Of a stretch of DNA of 64,000 nucleotides, positions 1-12,186 are shown piece after piece (within the stretch, counting starts at the first letter, position 1; every line of letters begins with the position of its first letter). The notes under the pieces are model-generated. The model did no database searches, was not told the origin of the DNA, and saw only the letters and a program-made list of their open reading frames with translations. The position numbers and the translations under genes were made by a program. This stretch comes from Squalus acanthias (Eukaryota). Location: positions 129,644,001-129,708,000 of the forward strand of contig CM059432.1 of assembly GCA_030390025.1 (NCBI GenBank), given 5' to 3'.

Positions 1-577
1 TTTTCTCTTCTGGTAATAAAAGAAATTCTCAGATTAACTTTATTGCCCAAATGGTTTGAAGAAACAAGTGTAGTGATAACTTTATAATGCTGTATCAGAA
101 AATGAAATCCATTTACTTACTATGCTAATATTCTCAAATATGGAACAGTTCAGCTTTGCTCACCACTATTTGGCTTTATTCAATGCTTACCATATTCCTG
201 GAAAGGAACTCCAATATTAATGGTAGTTATTATACCCCTAAGCTTGAAAGTCATAAACTCTTAACTGGATTTAGTAGATAATTACTTTAAATTTAATAAG
301 TGGCAATCTGTTTTACTGATTCTCAAAGCCAGTGTAACCTTAATAATATTTTTCACTTGCAGCAGCAAATATTTTGTGTACAAATCTAAAGCACGCTGGA
401 ACCCATGCCTTATCATGTGATTGTGTACCAAAAAACGTCAGAATTATATTGAAAGGGAAAATAGTAGGAATGGAATGTAAAGTGTCACATCCCTCCTACT
501 CCTTTATTCCTGAAGGACGTTCATTGTCTGAGAAATGAGCATTTTAATGAGGCCTGAAGCTACCCTTGTACAATACT

Positions 578-2190
578 GGGGCAATTTTACCCCCCTCCCC
601 CCCACCCCACCACACAGCTCCCCCTGCCGGGTGGAAATTGCGTGGGAGAGGTTAAAATCGGGCGTATAGACTTACCGCACCAACGTCGTTCCGTTCGTAC
701 CCGGTGCCATTTTGCCTTCGCTGACTTTCCAGGTGACCAAGGCTCCCGATGCAGACAGGCAGAGGCTCATGAATACGATGCAAATCAGGGCCCTATGGTG
801 TAATTAGGACCCCAACGTTAGTTTAACTGGAAACAACATCCTGTTAGACAGAGAGCAGGATGCAGAAGTTAAAGGGGCTACGAGCTGCAGTAACTCAGAT
901 CGGTTGCATCTGTGTGTAATGGAGCTTGTTGGAGTCGGAGTAATTAGGCATTTTCCAAATTGCTGATTTTTGACACTTTGGGCTCGATTTTAAAAGGTTT
1001 TTGGTTACTCACCCTCAAGAAGCAGTAAAAGCTTCGGATGGCTAGTGCTCTAGGTGAACTGTACTGAGTGTAGAAGAGGAGGAAGAAGAAGGGCAGCAGC
1101 AACATGAGCCGCAGAGGCCTCAATATGTAAGAGGAGCTAAAGTTGGACCTCTCAGAAGAGAGCAGATGAGGGGGTCCGCTTGCAGAAGGCCTTACCCACC
1201 CAACAGGGTCTACAAGCTAAGGGGCACCTTCCTCAAGATGACTGAGGAGCAATGCATGAGGAGGCTGCGCTTGTACAGCCAGGTTGCTGCTGACTTCTGC
1301 CGCCTTCTGCAGCAAGGGTTGCTGCCTGCTGGAGCAGGGAGTCATGCCATGCCAGTGGCTATAAAGGTCCCACCTGTCCTTGAACTTCTATGCCTCAGGA
1401 TTGTTCTAGGCTTCTACTGGGGACATCTCAAGGATTTTGCAGTCGGCCGTCCATAAGTGCATCAAGCAAGTGACCAATGCACTATTTTCCAGGGCAAACT
1501 AATGCAAATTGTTCCCTGTTGACTGATGACAACAGTCTAAATGACAGAGCCATTGGGTTTGCAGCAATGGTTGGCTTCCCCCGAGTGTAGGGCGCGATTG
1601 ACTGCTCTCATGTTGCCATCAGGGCACCTCAGGACAAGTCATGAACTCTCATAAACCACAAAGGGTTTCACTCCATCAACGTGCAATTTTTATGTGATCA
1701 CAGCAAATGGATCATGTAAATCTGTGTCCAATTCCCAGACAGTTTCCATGATTCATTCATTTTGCGGCAGTCAAATATCCTCCCACTTATCCAACCTGGC
1801 AAAAATGTTCAAGGATGGCTGCATGGGGACAACCTTTTCTACCATGGCTCATGAAACCCCTTGGCTTCTCCAGCACACCTGTGCAGATCAGGTATAACGG
1901 CAGTCAGTCCACCACGTGAAGGGTCATCAAGCTCACATCAGACTCCTGAAGCGATGCAAAGGCAAGGCAGATGCAGAGGAAGAAGGGCCTAAACAATCCC
2001 TTGCGGTCAGAGATACAAAGGATGCATTAGTTGCTCAATGGTTCAAGTGAACAGCTTGGTCCCCTCCTAGTAAAACAGAAACCAATCCCGTTTGCAGTAA
2101 CAGTCCTGGTAACCTCTGTCTCCACTCCTTTAATCCTGTATTCTCTAACTCAGAAAACATTCAGCCAGCCTTCACATCAATGACTTACTG
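578..2190 (+). mobile_element. PIF/Harbinger DNA transposon relic, left portion (TIR-like start plus decayed transposase)
   Basis: Starts GGGGCAATTTTAC (578), resembling the other Harbinger-type termini in the window, and is followed by a HARBI1-like transposase pseudogene. Interrupted by L2 at about 2195. Confidence 0.75.
1166..2050 (+). pseudogene. Harbinger (DDE_Tnp_4/HARBI1-like) transposase pseudogene
   Basis: Translated pieces RRPYPPNRVYKLRGTFLKMTEEQCMRRLRL, MPVAIKV, GFAAMVGFPRV*GAIDCSHVAIRAP (about 1556-1630) and NHKGFHSINVQFLCDH match Harbinger transposase motifs. Stops and frameshifts are present. Confidence 0.85.
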
Positions 2191-2195
2191 ACACA

Positions 2196-4570
2196 GCAGA
2201 CTCATAAGCTGAGGCAGGGGCGGAGACAGGCGATGTTAGGAGGTGGAAATAGGCGGGCTTAGTTATGGCGCAGATATGTGGTCGGAAGCTCATTTTGAAG
2301 GGATAATTACTAGTCCTAGCCCCTTTAGGGCTACCCCGGATGAGACGTATTTCTCAAGACGTTCACTTTCAACTAAAGTTTGAGGTAGCCAAATCCTAAA
2401 GATGCTTAATTGGGTCCAAAGGTCCGGGTTATCTCTCCCTAAAGGAAAGGAACAACCCGAGAATGTTACCGTCTTCCAGATAGTAATTTTAATAAGTTTA
2501 GCTAGACTGTAATGTTCCGGATATTATGAGGGTCCAGAAAACTCCCCCAGAACTGTAACTCTTCACCAAAGAGTATACAGAAATTGAGTTCACGAGTTTT
2601 TGATACAGAAGTCTTATGTGAGACAATTCTAAAAATATATAGATTTATTAAAGAACCAACATGTAATTTACAGTTGGTGAGTCAATCACAACATTAACAG
2701 TTCCAAAAAGAGAAAACTTACGATCTTATTATCAGAGAATCTTACTTTTAAATCTTAACTTCACTACAGTATTACAGTTCTTATACAGGCAGGATATTCA
2801 CCAATATCAAATACCTTTGATCCCCGAGGTACAGAGTTGGAGACTACAGAGCCGCCTCTGAAGCCAAGAATCGCTTTGCCCGATTAAAGCGAGTCTGTTA
2901 TCCCATTTGAGAGTTCAATATTTATACCTTTTTCCAGTGGTATTTCCTTTAAGGTTTTCTGCTGATGCAAGTTAATTATCTCTAGTCATTTTTCTGCTGA
3001 CCTCTGCAACTCTTACAGCCACCTCAGCCAGAATCATGTCTCCTCTCTAGATGTTCTAAGTTTACCATATAAAAACGGTGTGATGGCAGGTGTTCCTTAC
3101 TTGATGTCATCTTTACGAGGGCAGGTGTTCCTTATCTTGTGTGCCTCTTTACGAAGTGTAAATTAGAACACCTTATCCATGGTGAACCATTGTTTTTGTT
3201 CCCAAAGGTCAGCCTGTCGGAGCCCTTCACCTTCTGTTTCAGTAAGGTTATTTATTCAGGGTCAACAACTATCTTATCTCAATAGCCAGAATGCTTTCAT
3301 AGCTATTTCATAGTTAGGTTTCTAAATTTACAAACCCAGTTTGTCATGTTTTAATAAGGCCAGAATTCTTTCATAAGATAGCGTATTTTTCTGATAGGTT
3401 ATATGGCTTATTCCTTCACAATTTCAGGGTCAAAGATAACACCAAGGTTGCGAACAATCTGGTTCAGCCTCAGACAGATGCTAGGGAGAGTGATGAAGTC
3501 GGTGGCTGGTGAACGGAGTTTGTGGCAGGGACCGAAGACAATGGCTTCAGTCTTCCCAATATTTAATTGGAAATACGGCTGGGAAGATAGGAATGGAACC
3601 AGGCGAGTGCTGTGACATCCGGCCGGATGATGGTGGAGAGGCGTTGGAGCAGAATTTTATGGTCAACCATGTCAAAGGCTGCAGACAGGTCCAGAAGGAC
3701 AAGAAGGGATAGATTACCTTTGTCGCAGTCAGTTAGGATTTCATTTGTGACCTTGGTAAGAGCAGTTTCAGTACTGTGGCAGGGGCGGAAGCCTGATTGG
3801 AGGGATTCAAACAAGGTGTTCTGGGAAAGTTGGGCACAGATTTGGGAAACAACAACACATTCAAGAACTTTGGAGAGGAAAGGGAGGTTGGAGATGGGAC
3901 GATAGTTTGCAAGGACGGAGGGGTCAAGGGTTGATTTTATGAGGAGAGGGGTGATGATGGCAGATTTGAACAAAAGGGGGACAATGCCTGAGGAGAGAGA
4001 ACCATTAACAATATCCGCTAACATGGGAGCCAGGAAGAGAAGTTGGGTGGTCAGCAATTTAGTAGGAATAGGGTCGAGAGAGCAGGAGGTCAGTCTCATT
4101 GACAAGATGAGCTTTGAAAGGGCAAGAGGGGAGGTAGGAGAGAAATGAGAGGAATATGCAAATTTAGGGTTAGGACAGGGGGAAAACAGAGAGGAAGTAA
4201 GGTCCTCTGGAAGGAATTGAAAGCAGAGGCAGTTGAACGGATGTTGTCGATCTTTTTAACAAGGAAGTCCATGAGCTCCTCACATTTATTGTTGGAGGTG
4301 AGGGAGGAGGAGGCAGGGGAGGGTGGTTTGAGAAGATGGTTAGTGGTGGAGAATAGAAGCCTGGTGTTATTTTTGCCATCCTGGATGATTTTAGAATAGT
4401 GGGCGGTTTTAGTGATGGAGAGCAGGACCCGGTAGTGCTTCATATGATCTAGCCAAATCTGGTGATGGATGATTAGATCAGTTGTCCACCAAAGACGTTC
4501 AAGTCTGCATCCCTTGGACTTAAGGGAGTGGAGATGAGGGGTATACCAGGGGGACGACTAAGGGGACTAA
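2196..4570 (-). mobile_element. L2-clade LINE ORF2 fragment (RT region), split by a solo LTR
   Basis: ORF 3563-4105 contains SCSLDPIPT, NYRPISNLPFLSKVLE, QSGFRPCHSTETAL and LLDLSAAFDMVDH, and ORF 4096-4443 is upstream ORF2 sequence. L2 sequence continues across the LTR (gaagctc-ATTT-cagggtcaaa). Confidence 0.9.
2296..3420 (-). mobile_element. Solo LTR (ERV1-like or Gypsy-like), copy 1, 1125 bp
   Basis: Minus-strand ends TGTGAAGGAATAA...TTATCCCTTCA with a 4-bp TSD ATTT (2292-2295 and 3421-3424). Minus-strand TATAAA at 2921-2926 and AATAAA at 2644-2649. Homologous to 45831-47151. Confidence 0.9.
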
Positions 4571-5330
4571 CACAAGCAAAGAGAAACTGGAATTTGAGTC
4601 TCGGGGACTAAACGCTTCAGTCACAGTCAAACTTTTAGAATTTTGTCACTGACTTGGACTGAAATTAGATCCTATGCGACAGCTGTAAAAGGAAGCAGTG
4701 AATCCCAATACGAAAGGGTCTTTATCAGGTTAATTACATAGTTGTGGAAGAGTTAACAGTTTTATTAAATGCTGAGTTATGTAAAAAAAAACAGTAAGTT
4801 AAAAATCTTCTGTGATACCTCTCTGGAAACAGTTGAAATAAATTGCAATCAAATTGTTCTCCTCCAAATGTTCGGTGTATGGGTGCTTACGTGCCTCCCC
4901 TTCGTGGTAGTGTATGTTTTATGTGTTCCAGTTCCTAGTCTCATCTTCCTTCTTGATACTCCTTTTGTGATCGGAGTGGCTATCTACTGGGTCCCTGTGG
5001 GAGCATCTTGGGATTGAGATGCCCTCTGCCTCTGTGTACTAGGTCAAAGATGCCCTTCCAACTGGCTCTACCATGTCATTCTGCAGTGGCTGCCTGGTCC
5101 TTCTTACTTTCTGCAACATCTTCTGTCATTTGAGGGGACGAGGGTGGAGGGTCCAAATGTGACATTGCCCTGATCCATGCCCCTGCTGCTGATCGTATCT
5201 TTGATGTATATACTGATCTGTCAGGAGCAGACCTTTCCGCAGCTGTGAAGACAGGGAAGCTTTGTGTAATGGTTCCCTCCATACAATCCATCAGCATGTT
5301 GAACATACACAAGAGAGCCACTTATAGGCT
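4571..5330 (-). mobile_element. Probable continuation of the Harbinger relic (3' part of the convergent second gene)
   Basis: 4860-4970 is similar to 28510-28620, which also lies downstream of a Harbinger transposase relic. Both encode a LGT.TH.TYTTTKGRH-like peptide on the minus strand. Confidence 0.5.
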
Positions 5331-5394
5331 GGACCTCAAGACCTGTACAGTAGCAGTCTAAGTACTCATGAGAGGTACTCGGAGTGGGCTTAGG

Positions 5395-5500
5395 ACATTG
5401 TAACCAATGGTGAAGTGAAGGAAATCAGGGATGCACAAGAGGCCAGAATTGGAGGAGCGCAGAGATCTCAGAGGGTTGTAGGGCTGTAGGAGGATACAAT
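5395..5500 (-). mobile_element. L2 3'-region fragment
   Basis: Minus strand reads LLQPYNPLRSLRSSNSGLL, matching the other L2 3' copies (11.7, 45.3 and 48.9 kb). Confidence 0.8.
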
Positions 5501-5698
5501 GATAGGGATCAGGTTTCCTCCATTCTGTACCTCTCCATTTCTGTTCATCCTTGTATGGGAACACTTATTGTGACCTTGCTCTGAGACTTTGCTATGTATC
5601 AAAAAGTTTTGAATAGAAATTCTTCAATGGGTATATCAGAGAAAAGGTGGATAATTCTGTCATGTTACTTTTTTGACTTTTCCGCATCCAAAGACTTT

Positions 5699-7932
5699 GG
5701 GGGAAAAATTTGTGCACGGCAACAGAATTGCCGGTGTCACCGGCAACTCGAGTTAACAGCCGCCGAAAATGGTCACAGCGCTACCACTGAAAAATGGGCT
5801 CTGTGGGTTGGCGATGTGGAGCGCAGCGCTAACCTACCATGCAACGCCCTCCTGGTGGTGTTAATGGAGCCCTCCGACCCGAAGTTCCTGTCCACAGTCG
5901 GCTTTGCTGCTTCTTACAGCCTCTGGGAGCGAGGCTGTGGAGGTCGCAAGGTATTGTGGGCAATTAAAGGGGCTATGAATTAAAGGGGCAATGTATTCAA
6001 AACTAATAAAAATTAAAATCAAGTGAAAAAATGCATTTTTCAGCCCTTACTGCCTTTCAAAAAAATATATACATTAAAAATAATTCCCAAATGGGAGTCT
6101 TCAGCTCTTAAAGCTGAATTGTCTTCTACATCTAATAAAATGGTAAAAGTGCCTCAGCACTAACACAAATGGCTCAACAAGCCAGGGAAGGGGCACCGAG
6201 GGTCTCGCACACAGCACTCCAGCTTTGTGCAGAGGGTCAACACTGCAAGAGAGGTCCTCTACCCACAGGGACCAAGAGGACCTCCAGAAAGAACGATGTG
6301 GGACCACATCACCGAGGCCATCACTGCTAGCAGTGTCGTCCCCACCACCTGGCTCCAGTGCCCAAAGAAACTTCATGACCTCAAACCACTGGTTAAGGTC
6401 ATGATGCATCTTCAAAAGCCGTCTCCTACCAATTGCACCACTAGCCTCACACACTGCTCAATGCAAGACTCCCCCCTCCCCCCACATCACTCACCTACCA
6501 ACAATCTGTACCAAACACGAGGCACATCTCCCACTCCTAGCCTCACCTCACCCCCTTGGAGGAGACGGTGCTGGCCATTCTTGGCAGGGGCATTGCTGAG
6601 CCCTTGGTCAGTAGCGAGGCTGAAACGATACAAGATGTTGGCATCCTCATCCGTTATCCTCCTTCTGGTATGCACCTCTTGCTTTGCCACCCTCCCCTCA
6701 CCACAACTCCACCCTTGTGCCTTCCTCATTTCACACACCCAAGAAATGCAGGCTGTCCAGCCAGTGGGTATCCAAGAAGAGGGAGAGGAGAGTGAAGAAG
6801 ACCAAGAAGAAGATTGATTTCACTCTCCCAGTCACCAGCTCCTCAAGGTCGACCAGCAAGGCCATTTGCAGTGTACCCCACTGAAAGTCAGCAGCCTTCC
6901 ACCAGCCATGCTGCAGCCACTGGGGGAGCACTGAGTAGGAGCACGAGGACAGGCAAAGGCACACACAAGACAGTCACTAAGGGAATGCATAAGGGTGATG
7001 AGTTGATTTCTTGATGTCATATTGGGTGGATAGATGTATAAAGTTGGATTGGAAAGTTTGCTTTGCGGTGACTTTCATTTCAGCATTGTGGTCAAGAGGA
7101 TGCTGTGATGGTCAGTAACAGGGAAGGTAAGGGGTGGGACAAATGTTGAAAGGGGAATTGGGGTTGTGGTCACTGGGACCACAGGTGAATGATTCCATCC
7201 CAGATATCCTAGCCAGGAAGGGGCTGTCTGGGATGCTTCCTTCCTTCTGTTTGCTCCTCTTCTGCTTCCTCCTCTTTGGATTCCTCCTCTTTGGCTTTTT
7301 CCTCTTCTGCGTCTTCCTCTTCCCTCTGCAAGCGGATGCTGTAAATCTGAAATGCCAGCATAAAATGCTGGAAATACTCAGCCAGTCAGGCAGCATCTCG
7401 ACCTGAGACGTGAACTCTGTTTCTCGCTCCACGGATGTTGCCTGACCTGTTGAGTATTTGCAGCATTTTCTGTTTTCTCAGAGGCCTTCCTTTACAATCC
7501 GAGGCATTGAAAGCATCCAGCAGCACTCCCTGCACACTTAAAAAAGCTTTTAACATCTATTGCACCAAGTTACTACTTCAATAAAATCAAAAAAAAACAG
7601 TCCAAACCTTTAAATTCAAACTTACTTGAAAAATGTGTGTGTCCCTTTAAGAGATGCTGACAGTGCCTCTGTCAGTCTCTTTACATGCTGGGTTTTCATG
7701 GCGTGGTTATGACCCAGCGCTGAACTCAGCGCTAAGGTCAAAGTTGGCCGTGGTGACGTTAAGTCGGCATTGCACGCTGACTGACGTCACCAATCTGCCA
7801 TTTTGTGCACGGCGCTAATATTTATGGGCAGCGCTACGGAGAGGACCAAAATGGAGGACGCCGTGGGACCCACCACCAGCTGGCTAAAGAGCGGCGGTAA
7901 CAGGTGGCATTAAGCCCCCGAATTTTTATCCC
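5699..7932 (+). mobile_element. Internally deleted Harbinger element with Myb/SANT-like DNA-binding gene relic
   Basis: Imperfect TIRs GGGGGAAAAATT (5699) and AATTTTTATCCC (7932). About 6210-6397 encodes QRVNTAREVLYP...WDHITEAITASSVVPTTWLQCPKKLHDL (Myb_DNA-bind_5-like), followed by LEETVLAILG. An acidic stretch on the minus strand at about 7200-7330 resembles a transposase C-terminus. Confidence 0.8.
7340..7478. repeat. Palindromic element resembling Penelope-like terminal sequence of elasmobranchs
   Basis: Arms 7362-7397 (aaaatgctggaaatactcagccagtcaggcagcatc) and 7433-7469 are imperfect reverse complements. The family assignment is from memory only. Confidence 0.6.
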
Positions 7933-8197
7933 TTCATGCAATAGTTAGTTGGCATATCTCAGCTCAGCAACATATTTCCCTATAGACCAGCGCTAGATCA
8001 GTTGGATAAAATGGAGTGGCATGTTGTTTTATGTAGTAGATCAAGATGGACAGTGAAGTTGCTTATAATAAGGCTGATTAAACCATTACTGTAAATGAAA
8101 GAAGCAAAACTGGCACTTGGTAATAATTTGCATATATAACAACACTGGTAAAAATTTCCTTCTATGGGCAGTGTGTAAATATGAGTTGCCTGCTACT

Positions 8198-9805
8198 CTT
8201 CTTCTTCTTAGGCAGTCCCTCGGAACCGAGGATGACTTGCTTCCACATTAAAAATGAGTTCGCAGGTGACTGATGAATCCAATGCGGGACCTGCAGTCTC
8301 TGTCACAGGTGGGGCAGACGGTGGTTGAAGGAGCAGGTGGGTGGGGTGCTTGGGTTGACGTGCGCTCCTTCCGCTGTTTGCACTCGGCTTCCGCTTGTTC
8401 CCGGCGAAGAGACTCGAGGTGTTCAGCGCCTTCCCGGATGCTTCTCCTCCACTTTGTACGGTCTTGGGCCAGGGATTCCCAGGTGTCGGTGGGGATGTTG
8501 CACTTTTTCAAGGAGGCTTTGAGGGTGTCCTTGAAGCATTTCCTCTGCCCACCTGGGGCTCTCTTGTCATGCCGGAGCTCCGAGTAGAGCGCTTGTTTTG
8601 GGAGTCTCATATCGGGCATGCGGACGATGTGACCCGTCCATCAGAGCTGATCGAGCGTGGTCAAAGCTTCGATGCTGGGGATGTTGGCCTGAGCGAGAAC
8701 ACTGACGTTGGTGCGCCTATCCTGCCAATGGATTTGCAGGATCTTGCGGAGGCAGTGTTGGTGGTACCTCTCCAGTGCTTTGAGGTGCCTGCTGTACATG
8801 GTCCATGTCTCTGAGGCATACAGGAGGGTGGGTATTACTACTGCTCTGTAGACCATGAGCTTGGTGCCGGGTTTGAGGTCCTGGTCTTCAAACACTCTCT
8901 TCTTCAGGCGACCGAAGGCTGCACTGGCACACTGAAGGCGGTGTTGGACTTCGTCATCGACGTCTGCCCTTGTTGACAGTAGGCTCCTGAGGTATGGAAA
9001 GTGGTCCACGTTGTCCAAGGCCTTGTCATGGATTTTGATAATCGGGGGGCAGTACTGTGTGGCGGGGGCAGATTGGTAGAGGACCTTTGTCTTACAGATG
9101 TTTAGTGTAAGGCCCATGCTCTCGTATGCTTCGGTGAAGGTGTTAACGATGATTTGGAGTTCGACCTCCGAGTGTACGCAGATGCAAGCGTCGTCCGCAT
9201 ACTGTAATTCGATAACAGAGGATGGGACGACCTTGGATCTGGACTGGAGACGACGGAGGTTGAACAGTTTCCCGTTTGTTCTGTAAATTAGCTCCACTCC
9301 AGCGGGGAGCTTACTGAGGGTGAGATGGAGCATTGCAGCAAGGAAGATCGAGAAGAGCGTTGGTGCGATGACACAGCCTTGCTTGACCCCGGTTCGTACG
9401 TGAATTGGGTCTGTGGTGGATCCGTTGGTCAGGATCATGGCTTGCATGTCATCGTGAAGCAGGCGGAGGATGGTGACAAACTTTTGAGGGCAGCCGAATT
9501 TGAGGAGGACACTCCATAATCCCTCACGGTTGACAGTGTCAAAGGCCCTTGTGAGGTCAAAGAAGGCCATGTACAGTGGTTGGCGCTTTTCCCTGCATTT
9601 CTCTTGTAATTGGCGCGCAGTGAAGATCATGTCCATTGTGTCCCTTAGTGGGCGGAATCTGTATTGCGACTCTGGGAGGAGCTCTTCGGCCACTGGGAGA
9701 AGGCGATTGAGGAGGATTCTTGTGATGACTTTCCCTGTGGCAGACAGCAGGGAAACTCCTCTGTAATTACCGCAATCGGACTTGTCACCTTTCTTGAAGA
9801 TGGTT
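8198..9805 (-). mobile_element. RTE-clade LINE, 5'-truncated, RT plus C-terminal zinc-finger-like motif and 3' tail
   Basis: ORFs 8641-9843 and 8248-8619 are in the same frame: NYRGVSLLS, FFDLTRAFDTV, GVKQGCVIAP, YADD and CPTCDRDC...HLRTH. (AAG)n-type 3' tail at about 8198-8210. Confidence 0.95.
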
Positions 9806-9858
9806 AAGCCAGGCACTGTTGCAGTGTGAAACCCGTCAACCAATCTCGCCAGACTTGA

Positions 9859-10030
9859 GGGGTAATTTTGACTTTGCGCGATAATGTAAAACGGGTGACA
9901 GCGAATCGGCAGCCCGTTTTACATCTCTCCTGATTTTTATTTCCATTGGGTAAATAAAAATTGGGAGAGATGTAAAACGGGCTGCCGATTCGCTATCACC
10001 CGTTTTACACTATCGCTCAAAGTCAGAGTA
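9859..10030. mobile_element. Palindromic MITE
   Basis: 62-bp inverted arms 9869-9930 and 9964-10025 with 3 mismatches. Harbinger-like GGGGTAATTTT start at 9859. Confidence 0.85.
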
Positions 10031-10539
10031 AGCTCCTGGTGCTTTAATTGTGTGAATTGAGCTATACTGCAAGTCCCATTGAACGTTTTGCCGTCACTCC
10101 CACTGTAAAAATAGAACATGCAGTGGGTAGCTTTTGAATAGGGAAGCTATGCAGCTTGGGCTTCACCATTACAACTCACTGGTAGCTGTTATGCAAATGT
10201 TATGTAGTCAGGTCACAGGTTGAACATTTTTGACAGTGAATAGTCTCCTGGCGCATATTCCTCACATCTGCAAAAAATATATGAATAGATTTCACTGAAC
10301 CCAGTTTTAAGCATTTCAGTTTATAATACAGAAGGAATGAAAGGGAAGCATTCAAACTGCGGACTGTTTTTGTGGACAGTAATCAGAACAAAAACAACAG
10401 AAGCCCTAAAAGTTCAACTTAGCAAACTAAAGCATTCTGCAGAGCATAGAGCAGAGGTAAGAACATTTATAGAATGACGAACGATTTTGAACACAATTGC
10501 CAAATATACCTGCCCCTCCATTCAGAAAATGTCAATAAG

Positions 10540-10910
10540 CATGTGGAGTTTGCACATTCTCCCCGTGTCTGCGTGGGTTTCCTCCGGGTGCTCCGGTTTC
10601 CTCCCACAGTCCAAAAATGTGCGGGTTAGGTTGATTTGGCTATGATAAATTGACCCTTAGTGTTAGGGGGGGGATTAAATATGTGGGGTTACGGGGATAG
10701 GATGGGATATGTTAGGGGGAATTAAATACGTGGGGTTACGGGGATAGGGTGGGATATGTGTCGGTGCAGGCTCAATGGGGATTCTGTGTGAGAAAGCAGG
10801 GACAGGGTACTGGATTTGGATGATCAGCCATGATCGTATTGAATGATGGAGCAGGCTCGACGGGCCGAATGGCCTACTCCTGCTCCTAGTTTCCATGTTT
10901 CTATGTTTCT
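10540..10910 (+). mobile_element. HE1-like V-SINE, 5'-truncated, with CR1/HER1-type tail
   Basis: V-domain tgtggagtttgcacattctccccgtgtctgcgtgggtttcctccgggtgctccggtttcctccca. The tail gggccgaatggcctactcctgctcc...(tttctatg)n is shared with CR1 copies. Confidence 0.85.
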
Positions 10911-11687
10911 AAAAGGAAGGCTCCGGCTATGAATAAGTCAGACGTGTGTGCCACATGGCTGGAACAGTGCACGCTAGTGATGAAATATTGTGTATCTGCT
11001 TCATTTCCCTTACGTGATGGAATTGTCCCTTGGGAATAAATAAACAGACAGGCAATTGTGTAAGATGTTTGATCTGTGATTCTTTCAAATGGAACAACTT
11101 CCTGTTATTTTTCAGTGCTATGTACTTAATTTCTGAAATGGCAGGAACATCAAAGTAAACATAAACATCACAATGGCCTGTAATTGGGTCTACATATGTC
11201 ATTTTAAATGACATTTAATTATGCCTAGAAGCCTGACATTTAAAAAATATGAAGAGACCCACGGGCCTTTTAGTCTGATAACATGCAGTGTTCCTTCATT
11301 ATTTTCCATATTTTTGTTAGAAGTGTTTGTTTACAGGTAAGAGATATGTGACAGGCAAATTGTATATCACTCATGGGTAAATACACTCCGTCAGTTAGTT
11401 ATGTCCTCTTAGGTAAATACCTGATCAGTAATCATTTCTCTTCGATGAGAAAGAGATCCATCTGAGCCCAATAGGATTATAAATTCTGTTCCAATAGAAC
11501 ACACACGTATTCACATCAATACCTAAATCAGCATTCAATTCCAAACCAAGAGCCATTGACCACCGATATCAATTCCATTACAAAATAAATCTTATTACCC
11601 AATGTGGGAACAGTAATCTAAAGGATATATGCAATGACTAGAAGCCAGAGGTACTCATCAGCACCCTTGTCATGCAGAAAAGTCTTC

Positions 11688-12117
11688 TGCACTGGCTGCC
11701 GGTCCGCCCCAATTTTAAAATCCTCATCCTTGTTTTCAAATCCCTTTAAGGCCTCGCCCCTCCCTATCTCTCTAACCTCCTCCAGCCCTACAAGCCTTCG
11801 AGATCGCTGCGTTCTTCCAATTCTGGCCTCTTGCGCATCCCCGATTGTAATCGCTCCACCATTGGCGGCTGTGCCTTCAGCTGCCTAGGCCCTAAGCTCT
11901 GGAATTCCCTCCCTAAACCTGTTTGCCTCTCTAACTCTCTCTCTTCCTTTAAGATGCTACTTGAAACCTACCTCTTTGACGAAGCTTTTGGTCATCTGTC
12001 CTGATATCTCCTTCTGTGGTTCGGTGTCAAAAATGTTTTTATTGATAGTGCTCTTGTTAAGCTTCTGGGGATGTTTTCCTACATTAAATGCGCTATATAA
12101 ATTTAAGTTGTTGTTGA
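11688..12117 (+). mobile_element. L2 LINE 3' end
   Basis: GGCAFSCLGPKLWNSLPK-type coding end, 3' UTR and gctatataaat..aag(ttg)n tail. Confidence 0.9.
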
Positions 12118-12186
12118 AAGCTAATGTATAGTGCAAGAGTGTAATGGCATCTAACCCCAGTTATTGAAGCTTGGTCAGAAACTAAA

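Noticed and set aside
1166..2050. Domesticated host HARBI1 gene
   Set aside because: Multiple stops and frameshifts, a TIR-like flank, and several other decayed copies in the window.
7395..7435. Intact hammerhead ribozyme
   Set aside because: The CTGAnGA core is absent and GAAAC is mutated (gagac).
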